IMG/VR virus record: IMGVR_UViG_3300012041_000029
Coordinates: 1 to 46,003 of that record
DNA: 46,003 nucleotides
Direction: 5' to 3' (one strand)
Source: a virus
Lineage: Duplodnaviria; Caudoviricetes
The position numbers and the translations under genes were made by a program. Within the stretch, counting starts at the first letter, position 1. The number at the start of each line of letters is the position of its first letter. The notes below the pieces were generated by a model. The model made no database searches. It worked only from the letters and a program-made list of their open reading frames with translations, and was not told the origin of the DNA. Positions 35,658-44,909 of the stretch are shown here, one piece after another.

Positions 35658-36904
35658 CACGTTTTATTCAATTATCGAAATCGGTCTCAAAGGCCGTGTC
35701 CAATAGCCACGAAGACGACAAAGCGCAGGAGCTACGTAATGTACGCCTCACTTCGGTCTCATTGGTTGACGCGGGGGCAAACGGGAAGGAATTTTCGTTG
35801 CTCAAACGTGATGGCGATTCAGGACAAACTTCGCAGCAAGATATGGGATTTTGGAAACGGCTCACGAAGGTCATCTTCGGAGAACAGGCTGAAATCACAA
35901 TGGGTGGCGGCGATGGCACATCCGGTTCGGATCGTGCTAAGCAGCTTGAAGCAGTCGTCAAATTACGTGCCGAAGCTGACCGTGCCGCCACTATCATGGC
36001 AGAAACGGGCAAAAAGGGCGCACTTGGCGAATTTACAAAAGCGCTGGCGGACATCGAATCGGGACTATCCGATGGCGACCTGGTTCGCAAGACAACAAAT
36101 CTAGGAGAATCCACCGTGAATGAACGAATTGCCGCGATGGAACGGGAACTTGCGGAACTAAAGAAAAACGCAGCGGCTCCCGCCACGGACGAAGATCAGG
36201 ACAAAATCCTGGCGAAATACGGCTACACTGAATATGAGGACTATGACGACGACAGCATTAATAGCGCTGTCAACGCTGACGTTCTCGAAATTGAGGCGGA
36301 GTACACAAAGCGGTCACCCGCCGAAGTGCAAAAATCGCTTGAGGCGGATGACGATCTGTCAGACGTTGAAAAGGCGTTCACATACGAGGCGTATGTGCGC
36401 TATATGCCGTCAGGGAAAAAGCCGATGGGGAAAAATCCATTCGCAAAATACCTGGCTGCGATGGCCGAAAAGGGGTTCAAACCCCGCTCGGATAAGGCCG
36501 GTCGTCCAAAGTATTCGAAGGACGGTCGTCCCGCGATGCGTCGTGCTGCAACCAAAGTGACGCCCAAAAAAGACGACGACGATACATCAAAGTCAACAGC
36601 GACACCTGACGCAATCGCACAAAGCGTTGTTGCATTGCTCGCGCCAACAATTGACGCACTATCCAAAAGGGTAGAGGCAATTGAGGGTACGACGCAAACG
36701 GCGACACAAACGGCGGCGGCGGCACAGGACACCGTGACCAAAATGGCGACTCGACTCTCGCAAACGCGACAGGTTCCGCGCAATCAGGGCGGCATCCGAG
36801 TTACCAAAACTCAGTTGAATGACGCGGGTCAAATTGTTGATCCAACCCATGAGAATTTCTGGGACGGATTCTTGAACGGTGACGCTGCGCCAACAGCACA
36901 GTAA
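35654..36904 (+). CDS. Probable capsid scaffolding protein
   Basis: N-terminal LRNVRLTSVSLVDAGANG motif seen in XkdF-associated proteins; coiled coils; directly upstream of the MCP. Confidence 0.7.
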   Translation: MTRFIQLSKSVSKAVSNSHEDDKAQELRNVRLTSVSLVDAGANGKEFSLLKRDGDSGQTSQQDMGFWKRLTKVIFGEQAEITMGGGDGTSGSDRAKQLEAVVKLRAEADRAATIMAETGKKGALGEFTKALADIESGLSDGDLVRKTTNLGESTVNERIAAMERELAELKKNAAAPATDEDQDKILAKYGYTEYEDYDDDSINSAVNADVLEIEAEYTKRSPAEVQKSLEADDDLSDVEKAFTYEAYVRYMPSGKKPMGKNPFAKYLAAMAEKGFKPRSDKAGRPKYSKDGRPAMRRAATKVTPKKDDDDTSKSTATPDAIAQSVVALLAPTIDALSKRVEAIEGTTQTATQTAAAAQDTVTKMATRLSQTRQVPRNQGGIRVTKTQLNDAGQIVDPTHENFWDGFLNGDAAPTAQ

Positions 36905-36936
36905 TTTTTCGACTTGACAGTTAAGGAGATGGCACT

Positions 36937-38127
36937 ATGCCTGACAATTCAGTCTATTTGAACAAAGCGACGACCAGCGCCCAGTTGGCGTCACAGGGTG
37001 GTAAACTGACCCCGGTTCAGGCCGATCAGTTTATCAACCAGATTTTCGACGCCACGACGCTGATTCGTCTGGTGCGTCGGAAACGAATGAACGCACCACG
37101 CGAGGAAATCAACAAGATTTTTGTTGGCTCGCGAATCATGCGCCGAATGGGAATCTCCGGGTCTGAAAACGAGGACATGGCACCGTATGCACAGAACCCG
37201 ACATTCTCAACGTTGACCCTCGACACGAAGAAATACGCGCTGCCGTATGAAATCAGTGAGGACGCGCTTGAGGACAACATCGCACGTCAGGGGTTGGCCA
37301 AAACGCTGGCTGATCACTTTTCAGAACAGGCCGGTCTGGATCTTGAAGACCTGGCCCTGAATGGTCGCACCGTGTCGCCTATTCCGTCAACAACGTTGAC
37401 GGCGGGTATTTCGGCTGTTGACGTGACAATCCCTGTTGTCTCAACAGCGGGATTCCCGACTGACTCGGATGCGGGTTTCCTTCTGATTGACACCGAATTG
37501 ATCGGGTATACCGGGATCACACTGACGACATTCACTGGCGCTATTCGTGGCGATGGCCCTTACGGGTTCGCAACGACTGCGGCGGCTCACCTGATTGCGG
37601 CTACTGTAACCTGGTCACCGCATCCCCTGATTGGTCAGGACGATGGTTGGATTCGTCTGGCGGAATTGGGCGGCAACATTGTCGATGGTTCTGTCATCAA
37701 CTCGGGCAACCTGCACAAAACCCACTTTTTCGAAGCGCTTCGGTCATTGCCTACGCAATACCAACGTGGCGCTGCGAAGGGTCAATTGCGGTGGACGATG
37801 GCTTATGATCAATGGATCAACTGGCAGGAATATCTCGGCAATCAGAACGCGAATCGTGGCTATGACGTTTTGGCTGGTTCCGAGTTCAACCCGTTGGGAA
37901 TCCCTGTTGTTGCACCAAACCAAATGCGTGACAAAAAGATTCTCCTAACGTGGCCGATGAATCTCATTTTTGGTATTCAGCGAGACATCCGAATTCGCGA
38001 GGCGAGCACGGACAAAGCTGCAATCATGACCGATATGAGATTTTACAACATGACGACCCGCGTGGATATGCTCATTGAGCGCGTTGACGCGACCGTCCTC
38101 GTTACCGGATTGACTGGTAACGTCTAA
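36937..38127 (+). CDS. Major capsid protein (HK97 fold, XkdG-like) with an inserted beta domain
   Basis: GGKLTPVQADQFI, EISEDALEDNI, DLEDLALNG, LPTQY, NLIFGIQRDIRI; SD TAAGGAG. Confidence 0.9.
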   Translation: MPDNSVYLNKATTSAQLASQGGKLTPVQADQFINQIFDATTLIRLVRRKRMNAPREEINKIFVGSRIMRRMGISGSENEDMAPYAQNPTFSTLTLDTKKYALPYEISEDALEDNIARQGLAKTLADHFSEQAGLDLEDLALNGRTVSPIPSTTLTAGISAVDVTIPVVSTAGFPTDSDAGFLLIDTELIGYTGITLTTFTGAIRGDGPYGFATTAAAHLIAATVTWSPHPLIGQDDGWIRLAELGGNIVDGSVINSGNLHKTHFFEALRSLPTQYQRGAAKGQLRWTMAYDQWINWQEYLGNQNANRGYDVLAGSEFNPLGIPVVAPNQMRDKKILLTWPMNLIFGIQRDIRIREASTDKAAIMTDMRFYNMTTRVDMLIERVDATVLVTGLTGNV

Positions 38128-38132
38128 ACAAA

Positions 38133-38172
38133 CCCCTTAAGTCCCGGTGTAATGCCGGGACCGGGGATTTTA
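38133..38172 (+). terminator. Probable terminator/attenuator after the MCP
   Basis: GTCCCGGT/GCCGGGAC stem extended by CCCC/GGGG, then ATTTTAT. Confidence 0.6.
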
Positions 38173-38186
38173 TGAGCGAGTAGAAA

Positions 38187-38516
38187 ATGGCAAAAGACAC
38201 GGTGACATTCCGGCTGAAACCACCACAATTTGGTGGTCCTGGTACGTACAAAACCAAAATCAATGATCAGACGATTCAATTCACACAGAAGAACGCTTAC
38301 ACGGCGACTGTCAAGGATTTTGAACGACTGAATCAGACTGGATTTTTCGAGACATTCTATGTCCCGGATGCTGTCGGCACAGTGATCGGCGAAGCCAAAA
38401 AGAAAGCCGACGACGATGCGAAGAATGCTGAAGTCGAGGCACAGAAAGCCGACGACGATGCGAAGAAAACAGCTCCCGGTGGTGCTCAACAAACTAAGCA
38501 ATCGCCACAGGCGTGA
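38187..38516 (+). CDS. Hypothetical virion-module protein
   Basis: Contains a 25-bp direct repeat (38401-38425, 38443-38467) encoding KADDDAK twice. Confidence 0.65.
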   Translation: MAKDTVTFRLKPPQFGGPGTYKTKINDQTIQFTQKNAYTATVKDFERLNQTGFFETFYVPDAVGTVIGEAKKKADDDAKNAEVEAQKADDDAKKTAPGGAQQTKQSPQA

Positions 38517-38773
38517 GTTCGGGACAGTCGGGCAGCGGGTCTATTGAATTCTCAGATCTCGGACTAGCGGCGTATCTGCGGACACGCGGGTTTCGCTGTT
38601 CCGGGGTCAAAAATGCGAACCCCAAAATTGGCACCGGGACGTTCGTGTTTATGGGCGATTTGACCGCGATTAACACAGCGGTCGTGGACTATCAGGATTC
38701 ACCAGAAAAGCGGTTCGACGACGCTATGCGCTACTTGAAAACGATGTGCAAACTCGAAACCCGGAGAAATTAA
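38513..38773 (+). CDS. DUF5659-like protein
   Basis: SDLGLAAYL..RGF, FVF...F..A.R.LK. Confidence 0.55.
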   Translation: MSSGQSGSGSIEFSDLGLAAYLRTRGFRCSGVKNANPKIGTGTFVFMGDLTAINTAVVDYQDSPEKRFDDAMRYLKTMCKLETRRN

Positions 38774-38774
38774 A

Positions 38775-39020
38775 ATGGCGGTTCAATACGGTGTTTTAGT
38801 CAAGAAACAATTCGGCTGGGAACCATTGAAAGACGATGCGGGCGCGGTTCGTTTATCGGCTGACGTTGATGCGCTGCTGACCGAAGTTCGTGCGACGTAT
38901 CCACTGTCCAGCGCTATCCCGTTTGAAAAACTGGATCTGGCGACTGATTGGACGGTTTCGGGCGGAACATTCGGAACACGCGGGGCACGACTTACACTGA
39001 TGGCCAAGAATGTTGGCTAG
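38775..39020 (+). CDS. Hypothetical protein
   Basis: SD GGAG; in operon. Confidence 0.6.
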   Translation: MAVQYGVLVKKQFGWEPLKDDAGAVRLSADVDALLTEVRATYPLSSAIPFEKLDLATDWTVSGGTFGTRGARLTLMAKNVG

Positions 39021-39029
39021 GAGACAATC

Positions 39030-39215
39030 ATGGCACTGAAACACAAAATGATCCGTAACCCCGATCCAGAACAGATTGACCTCAAAATCGGGGAATTTCT
39101 GACGGCTCAAGCACTTGGACCGGATGAAATCAAACACCTGGAATTGACCGAGTCTGAAACGGTTGGACAGATTACCGTGCTGATTGTTTACGATGACGGT
39201 TCAGGCCAACCATAA
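39030..39215 (+). CDS. Hypothetical protein
   Basis: SD AGGAG. Confidence 0.6.
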   Translation: MALKHKMIRNPDPEQIDLKIGEFLTAQALGPDEIKHLELTESETVGQITVLIVYDDGSGQP

Positions 39216-39227
39216 TGCGAGGGTTCC

Positions 39228-40109
39228 GTGACTGCGCCGATGACGATGTATTTACCGGAACCGCTGAACAGCAACGTTTATCTTCGCATCGAGGATATGC
39301 GTTCCGCCTACAAATGGGCGACGACCGGGGATCAGGACGTTAATCACGACCGTTGGGGCGATAACGCTGGACCGGCTGTTTCGGACGCCGATATTATGCG
39401 GGTCGGCTATGAGAAATCACGTTGGATTGACTCACTTCTGGGGTGGTGGTTCTATCCGCGCTGTATGCGGATCGCCTGGTCATTCAATGACTTGTACAAT
39501 GATAAAATGTTTCTCCCGGCACCTGTCGTCGGTGGTGAGGCAACTGGGTATGGCATCACGGTTGTTTTGGTTGATAATGGTGTAGCACCACAAATACTCC
39601 AGCCACGCTCTGACTATTTAATTCTTGCCAGGGGTCCGCACGAACGCGAACCGTATATGCAAGTGTATCCGGCTCATATCAAGTCATTTGATCGGTCATA
39701 CAACGGGGCACAATTCTTCTATTACAATGGACAGTCGCGGTCATACGACGATATTTACCTGATTGAGGAGTGGGAGTGGTATTCATCCTATGACAATGCG
39801 GCACAGACTAATTACCTGGCCGGGACGTTTGGATTTTTGGAGGACGGGGGGGTGCCGTTACCGATCCAACGCGCAACGCGGTATATGACAGCTCAGGAAA
39901 TCAAAGGGCGATTGGTTGGTGATCCAGATACGGGCGATATGCGCTCAATGCTTAAGTCTGAAACAACAGACGGGCATTCGTACACGTTGGCTGATCCAAC
40001 GCAGTTAGCAAAGTATCGGGGGGAGGTAGTAATCACAGGTAACCATGAGATTGATATGGCGCTGGCGCATTATCGCAAAATACGCCGTATGCGCATGGAA
40101 ATTGTCTAA
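39228..40109 (+). CDS. Probable head-tail adaptor
   Basis: Position; SRWIDSLLG..F, GTFGF..VP..IQRAT, LKSETTDGHSYT, L..YR. Confidence 0.65.
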   Translation: MTAPMTMYLPEPLNSNVYLRIEDMRSAYKWATTGDQDVNHDRWGDNAGPAVSDADIMRVGYEKSRWIDSLLGWWFYPRCMRIAWSFNDLYNDKMFLPAPVVGGEATGYGITVVLVDNGVAPQILQPRSDYLILARGPHEREPYMQVYPAHIKSFDRSYNGAQFFYYNGQSRSYDDIYLIEEWEWYSSYDNAAQTNYLAGTFGFLEDGGVPLPIQRATRYMTAQEIKGRLVGDPDTGDMRSMLKSETTDGHSYTLADPTQLAKYRGEVVITGNHEIDMALAHYRKIRRMRMEIV

Positions 40110-40564
40110 TGCCCCTCATCGTCCCGCGTCTCATTCATCCGATGCTGATCACGATTGCTCCGGTCGTCATTGCTGACGGGACGCAGCCGGATGGCAAAAA
40201 GACGTTTGATAACAAGTGGCGTTCTCCGACCCCTGAGAAACCGCTCAAGTGGGAAACGGACGAGACCAAAATGATCACCATTCGAGCACAGCTCAAGAAT
40301 TCCATGTTCGCGTATTCATCGAAAACAACAGGCGGGTGGATTCGCGTTTCTAAGTGTCAATTCCTGTGCTATCAGGAGGACGTGATTAACGCGGACGGGC
40401 GGTACAAGTTCGATAAGGCAGATCGGATTGTGCGGTTAACTGACGTTGCGCTGGCTACTAAATTCCCGGTGTCGTTCCAGATCAGAGACATTTTGCTGCG
40501 CGGACAGTATGACCGGGTTCACTTTGTTGAACTGGTTTGCGAAAAGATCGCGGCGGAGGCGTAA
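40109..40564 (+). CDS. Probable head closure/stopper protein
   Basis: Position and beta-rich 151-aa sequence. Confidence 0.5.
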   Translation: MPLIVPRLIHPMLITIAPVVIADGTQPDGKKTFDNKWRSPTPEKPLKWETDETKMITIRAQLKNSMFAYSSKTTGGWIRVSKCQFLCYQEDVINADGRYKFDKADRIVRLTDVALATKFPVSFQIRDILLRGQYDRVHFVELVCEKIAAEA

Positions 40565-40565
40565 T

Positions 40566-41075
40566 ATGGCGTTTGCTGTAAATCTGGTCGGCGGCGGGTG
40601 GAATTGGATTAGATCCCTGACAGGCGGCACGGGGATGAATCAGGCACTCAAAACAGACGTTGATAAGGTATTGCGCGGGGTTGGCGGGTATTTGGTTGAT
40701 CAACTGCGTCGCAACATTGTTTCGCGTGGATCACTATTCGGGGAGCCGTTCGTTGAAAATGCGCCACTGACGATCAAAATCAAGGGGCATGATAAACCGC
40801 TGATTGATAAGGGGGATATGATCAACGCGATCACATACAAACAGATCGGGGATATGAAATTTATGGTCGGTATTCTGGACCAAAAGTTGGCGCAACGAGG
40901 GGCGTTTCTTGAGGTTGGCGGCATGACAGAAATCAATGGGCGTCACGTTATGGTTCCGGCACGTCCCTGGATGGGACCGATGTTGGTACATCAGGGGGTT
41001 CGGCAATCAGCCAAATCGCTATTTATCGCTGGAATGGCTAATTTGGGGCACAAATTTCGCGAGGGAAAACTGTGA
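40566..41075 (+). CDS. Neck/tail completion (virion morphogenesis) protein
   Basis: NAPLTIKIKG.DKPLIDKG.M..AI, EVGG, VPARPW. Confidence 0.75.
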   Translation: MAFAVNLVGGGWNWIRSLTGGTGMNQALKTDVDKVLRGVGGYLVDQLRRNIVSRGSLFGEPFVENAPLTIKIKGHDKPLIDKGDMINAITYKQIGDMKFMVGILDQKLAQRGAFLEVGGMTEINGRHVMVPARPWMGPMLVHQGVRQSAKSLFIAGMANLGHKFREGKL

Positions 41076-41809
41076 CCCCTGTCAATATGCTGACCACTAT
41101 TCCAAACTCGGCGGAACTCGCGGCGCTATTCCCTGACAATCGTGATCGCGGCATACTCAAAATTGGCGAATGGTTAATGGATAAATTCGGGTGGTCGCCC
41201 GAGGAATCACATACACAGCAACGCCTGTTTATGTACACGAATGGGGAAGGGAACCGCGTCGGGGTTCCAATATTCCCGGAGGGTACGCATCCGTATTTCA
41301 GGGTTCCGGGGGCACAGGGCGACTTAGGTCCAATATCAGACATCGAAGAAGGTTCTGAACCGCCAATTCCGGCGGTTGTGCTGAACCTGCCGATTATTCA
41401 ACCGCCCACAGCGGGGGACGAGTCGGGTTATTCGTTTCATGACGCTGGGTTTAATGAATACGGGAAACAGAAGCGGTTGCGGTTCCCGATCAAAATGTTG
41501 GTCAATTTATACTACACAGTGACAGTAATGCGCGACAATCCGATTGAAGCGCAGTATGATCAAACGGCGTGGCGATTGTTCTGGAAGCGCCATCAGTTCA
41601 TTAGTCCGGCTGATGGTGTTCACAACCGTACACGTATGGCAAGCGATCTAGTGCCAGGGGTCGTACCGGACCAGGTAGGCAGCCTTATATTAATGTCAGG
41701 CGCGGTTGTGATCGAACGTGTCTGGCTGGTCGATACGTCAATTGCCGAGGAAACCGCGGCGGTTGAAAACATTGTCGTTGACGTTTGTCCGTCGGGCGAC
41801 CCGGAGTAA
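41072..41809 (+). CDS. Probable tail terminator
   Basis: Position between the neck and sheath genes. Confidence 0.45.
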   Translation: MTPVNMLTTIPNSAELAALFPDNRDRGILKIGEWLMDKFGWSPEESHTQQRLFMYTNGEGNRVGVPIFPEGTHPYFRVPGAQGDLGPISDIEEGSEPPIPAVVLNLPIIQPPTAGDESGYSFHDAGFNEYGKQKRLRFPIKMLVNLYYTVTVMRDNPIEAQYDQTAWRLFWKRHQFISPADGVHNRTRMASDLVPGVVPDQVGSLILMSGAVVIERVWLVDTSIAEETAAVENIVVDVCPSGDPE

Positions 41810-42196
41810 GTGATGACATTTTTGAAGGCGAACAAAACACCCGTTTCGATCTCGCTTGATCGCCCGGTTGAGATTGAATTGGACGGGCGCAAACAGACTA
41901 CACGCAGCCTATTCATTCGGCGGGGGCGGGTTGTTCAGGTTGATGACGCAATATTGAATCATTCAATGGTGAAAGATTTCCTCGGAACTGGGGCGCTGGT
42001 GGTCCGGTCAAAATTGACCCCGGATGAAGCGCGGGAATTCGAGGCACAGGCGAAGACAGCGGCCAAAAAGGTTGCAACGCCTGCCAAAACAAGCGACGAA
42101 AAACCGGCACAGACCGGCGGGGCACAGACCCCAAAAGCGGGTAACGCCGCACAGAGCGAGTCAAAGTCCAGCGACGCGAAAACGGCGCAGGCATAA
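41810..42196 (+). CDS. Hypothetical protein (pre-sheath)
   Basis: SD GGAG; low-complexity C-terminus. Confidence 0.6.
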   Translation: MMTFLKANKTPVSISLDRPVEIELDGRKQTTRSLFIRRGRVVQVDDAILNHSMVKDFLGTGALVVRSKLTPDEAREFEAQAKTAAKKVATPAKTSDEKPAQTGGAQTPKAGNAAQSESKSSDAKTAQA

Positions 42197-42223
42197 CACG
42201 AATTAACCACCAGGAGGCGCACT

Positions 42224-44254
42224 GTGGCAGCAAGTGACCGTTCTATCGGCGTAATTATTGAAGAAGTCAAAATCGAGGCGTTCCAAATCAACGCCGTGGA
42301 CATTTCATCCCTCTGCGTGTTCTCGAAATTCGAGCGTGGTCCAATAAATAAAGCGACTGAAGTCGGGTCATTCGATCAGTTCACGCGGATCTTCGGGGCG
42401 TTCGTCGAGGATTTTGAAGGTTGGCTCCAAGTCTGGGCATTTTTTGAACTTTACAACGGGCGTCGCGCTGTGATTGTTCGTGTTGCGCACTACACTGACA
42501 TCACACTTCACGCCACGCTGACAGCGGTTGCGGCGGATGCCGAGCTGGATGACAACGAAGCAATTCAGGCTGATCTGGCGGCGGGCATTGATGCGGTCGT
42601 GACCACATTGACGGTTGATCCAGGTGAGGGTGCGGCATTCCCAGCAACACCGGGACCGGGTGTCTACCTGTTGATCGGCACCGAACAAATCACCTATACA
42701 TCACGAACGGTTGACACTTTCAATGGTCTGGGTCGTGGTGCTAACGGTTCGGTGGCTGCGGCGCACTTGGCTGGTGACGACGTGATTTACGTTGAACCCG
42801 CGCATGGTTTGATTGTGACAGCCAAAGACGAAGGTGCGTTTGGCAATGACCTTGAAATTGAGGTTCTGGAATCATCCAAAATTGATACTGAATTGACAGT
42901 GACGTTGGCTAGCGGTGCAGAATACGCTGAATTGGTCAACGTTGGTGGGATTGAACCGGGCGACGTTCTGAAATTCGACGACACCATCACGGTTGGATAT
43001 GTGATGGTTAGTCTGGTGGATGGGAATCGGGTCTATTTCACGGAACCGTTGCTCCTGTCTGTCGCAATCACAGCGCCCGCTGACGTCACGTCGTTACACA
43101 ATGACATTAACGTGTACTTCCGTGGTCAGCTTGTCGAACAATGGCCGCTCGTGGCTATGTGGCCTGACAATGCGCAGGATTTTGTTGAGTCAAACATCAA
43201 CGGGAATTCCGATTGGATTTCGGTTGATGTTGACGAGGCAAATCAGGCGGCGTTGTTCTGGCAGCAACAATTGGCGGCGACATCGTCCAATGTTCCGCTT
43301 ACCAGCGGATCTGATGGCGGCGCGTTGACAGACGTGGATTTCGTCGGATCACCCGATACAAACACGGGTCTGTATACTTTGGAAGGGTACAAGCTTCCAT
43401 TAGTACTGACACAACCTGACGCCACAACCGTTTCGGTTCAGCGGGCGACTGCGGCATACGCCGAAAGTAAAATCATCCATTTCTTCCTCATGGATATTCC
43501 GCACGGGTTGTCCGTGACGGGGGTCCAAACCTACGTTGATCGAACTGTGGGGCTGAATTCGTCGTTTGTCGCGGCATACTGGCCGAACATTTATGTGCAG
43601 AGCCCGGTCACACAGCAAAATACGCTGATTCACCCATCCGGTTCTATTGTGGGACGATGGGCGGTCACGACTGGCCCGGGCGGTCCTGGACCGTGGCAAG
43701 CGTCAGCGGGCACGACTTTCGGAACAACCGAAGGTATTGTGGACGTTGAGAAAGCATTGTGGAAGGGGAAGCTAGAAATCGCGACGAACTTCGACGAAGT
43801 GGTCACGTTGTTGCAAGAATCCTACGTGAATTCGATCCAATTCAGCGATGAATTTGGGTTCATTTTGTGGGGTTGTCGCACAATGGATCGGACCCGCGAG
43901 ACTGACCCGAATGCTTTCCCTTTCATCAACCAGCGCGAAATGTTCCGCTTTGTTGAGGCTAGTTTCAAACGGTCATTCATTCAGGCATTGTTCCGAAACA
44001 ATGATCAGAACACGCGCAGTCGTATCTTTGGTCAGGCCAGTAGCTTCCTGACGGATATGTTCAATAAGGGCGCGTTCCCGGGCGAAACAACAACCGATTC
44101 ATTCTTGGTGATTTGTAACCGATCCAACAACACAGACGAGATCATCAAGCAAGGTGAGGTTCGGTTGAAGGTTCAAATGGCGAAACCTTCGCCGATCAAT
44201 CGCGCACGGATTCAATTTTCTGCGCTGGAATTTGTGGGCACCATCACAGCATAA
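42224..44254 (+). CDS. Tail sheath protein
   Basis: GVIIEEV, FERGPINKAT.V.SF.QF..IFG, AKDEGAFGN, AAYWP, HPSG, WGCRT, FINQR, ICNRSNNT...G, A.P. Confidence 0.92.
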   Translation: MAASDRSIGVIIEEVKIEAFQINAVDISSLCVFSKFERGPINKATEVGSFDQFTRIFGAFVEDFEGWLQVWAFFELYNGRRAVIVRVAHYTDITLHATLTAVAADAELDDNEAIQADLAAGIDAVVTTLTVDPGEGAAFPATPGPGVYLLIGTEQITYTSRTVDTFNGLGRGANGSVAAAHLAGDDVIYVEPAHGLIVTAKDEGAFGNDLEIEVLESSKIDTELTVTLASGAEYAELVNVGGIEPGDVLKFDDTITVGYVMVSLVDGNRVYFTEPLLLSVAITAPADVTSLHNDINVYFRGQLVEQWPLVAMWPDNAQDFVESNINGNSDWISVDVDEANQAALFWQQQLAATSSNVPLTSGSDGGALTDVDFVGSPDTNTGLYTLEGYKLPLVLTQPDATTVSVQRATAAYAESKIIHFFLMDIPHGLSVTGVQTYVDRTVGLNSSFVAAYWPNIYVQSPVTQQNTLIHPSGSIVGRWAVTTGPGGPGPWQASAGTTFGTTEGIVDVEKALWKGKLEIATNFDEVVTLLQESYVNSIQFSDEFGFILWGCRTMDRTRETDPNAFPFINQREMFRFVEASFKRSFIQALFRNNDQNTRSRIFGQASSFLTDMFNKGAFPGETTTDSFLVICNRSNNTDEIIKQGEVRLKVQMAKPSPINRARIQFSALEFVGTITA

Positions 44255-44264
44255 GGAGTCCGTC

Positions 44265-44792
44265 ATGGCATTGGGTCAAGAAATTACAGATCGTTATTTC
44301 CTAGATCAACAATTCTTCGTGGTCGAGTTCGATACTGACGCCTGGGATCGCAAAACATTTACTGAATTTGGACCGTTGAAATTCAATATCGGTGAAAAGG
44401 TTCACAAGGAATCAGGTTCACCAATCCCCTGGCGCGGTGCCGGAACAGTTACCTATGAGAACATCACCGCGAAACGCGGTCTGGGTCTCGATCTACCACC
44501 GGCGGGTGGCGGTGTGTTAGATCGCGATATGTACAACTGGGCACAAGCCGCTGTTGAGGGTCAGGATGTTGGCGGTGCGGGCGGGTTCAAACGCGACTTC
44601 AATACCGCACCACATACCCGCGCCGGTCAGGGTTACGGGTTTCATTGGCGGGTTGAGGGAGCAGTGCCGGTTTCATATACCGGGTTTGAGGGTGACGCGA
44701 ACAGTGAAGACGTGTCAGAAGAGACTATCGAAATCGGCGTTGAGCGCTGGTGGATTCCTGATACATCACCATACGAATTTGAAACAATTTAA
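44265..44792 (+). CDS. Tail tube protein (T4 gp19-like)
   Basis: F.VEFD, G.V.YENIT.KRG, MYNW, W...GAVPVSY.G...DANS.DV..ETIEI. Confidence 0.85.
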   Translation: MALGQEITDRYFLDQQFFVVEFDTDAWDRKTFTEFGPLKFNIGEKVHKESGSPIPWRGAGTVTYENITAKRGLGLDLPPAGGGVLDRDMYNWAQAAVEGQDVGGAGGFKRDFNTAPHTRAGQGYGFHWRVEGAVPVSYTGFEGDANSEDVSEETIEIGVERWWIPDTSPYEFETI

Positions 44793-44806
44793 CCGCTAGT
44801 TTTGTT

Positions 44807-44841
44807 GCAGAACGGGTATGAGTCGCACCAGCCCGTTCTGC
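44807..44841 (+). terminator. Strong hairpin after the tube gene (possible terminator or stabiliser)
   Basis: GCAGAACGGG/CCCGTTCTGC followed by TTTGGTT. Confidence 0.5.
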
Positions 44842-44909
44842 TTTGGTTAAGCCCATGAGTGTGTTGTGCGGCAACCCGGCTTGCAAATCCGGGAAACGAG
44901 CGAGGATAT

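Noticed and set aside
38401-38467. 25-bp direct repeat as an att or recombination site
   Set aside because: It is an in-frame duplication in a low-complexity protein tail (KADDDAK twice).
44869-44886. The 14-bp motif as a sigma54 (-24/-12) promoter
   Set aside because: GG and GC are 11 nt apart rather than 10, and most copies lack the GG.
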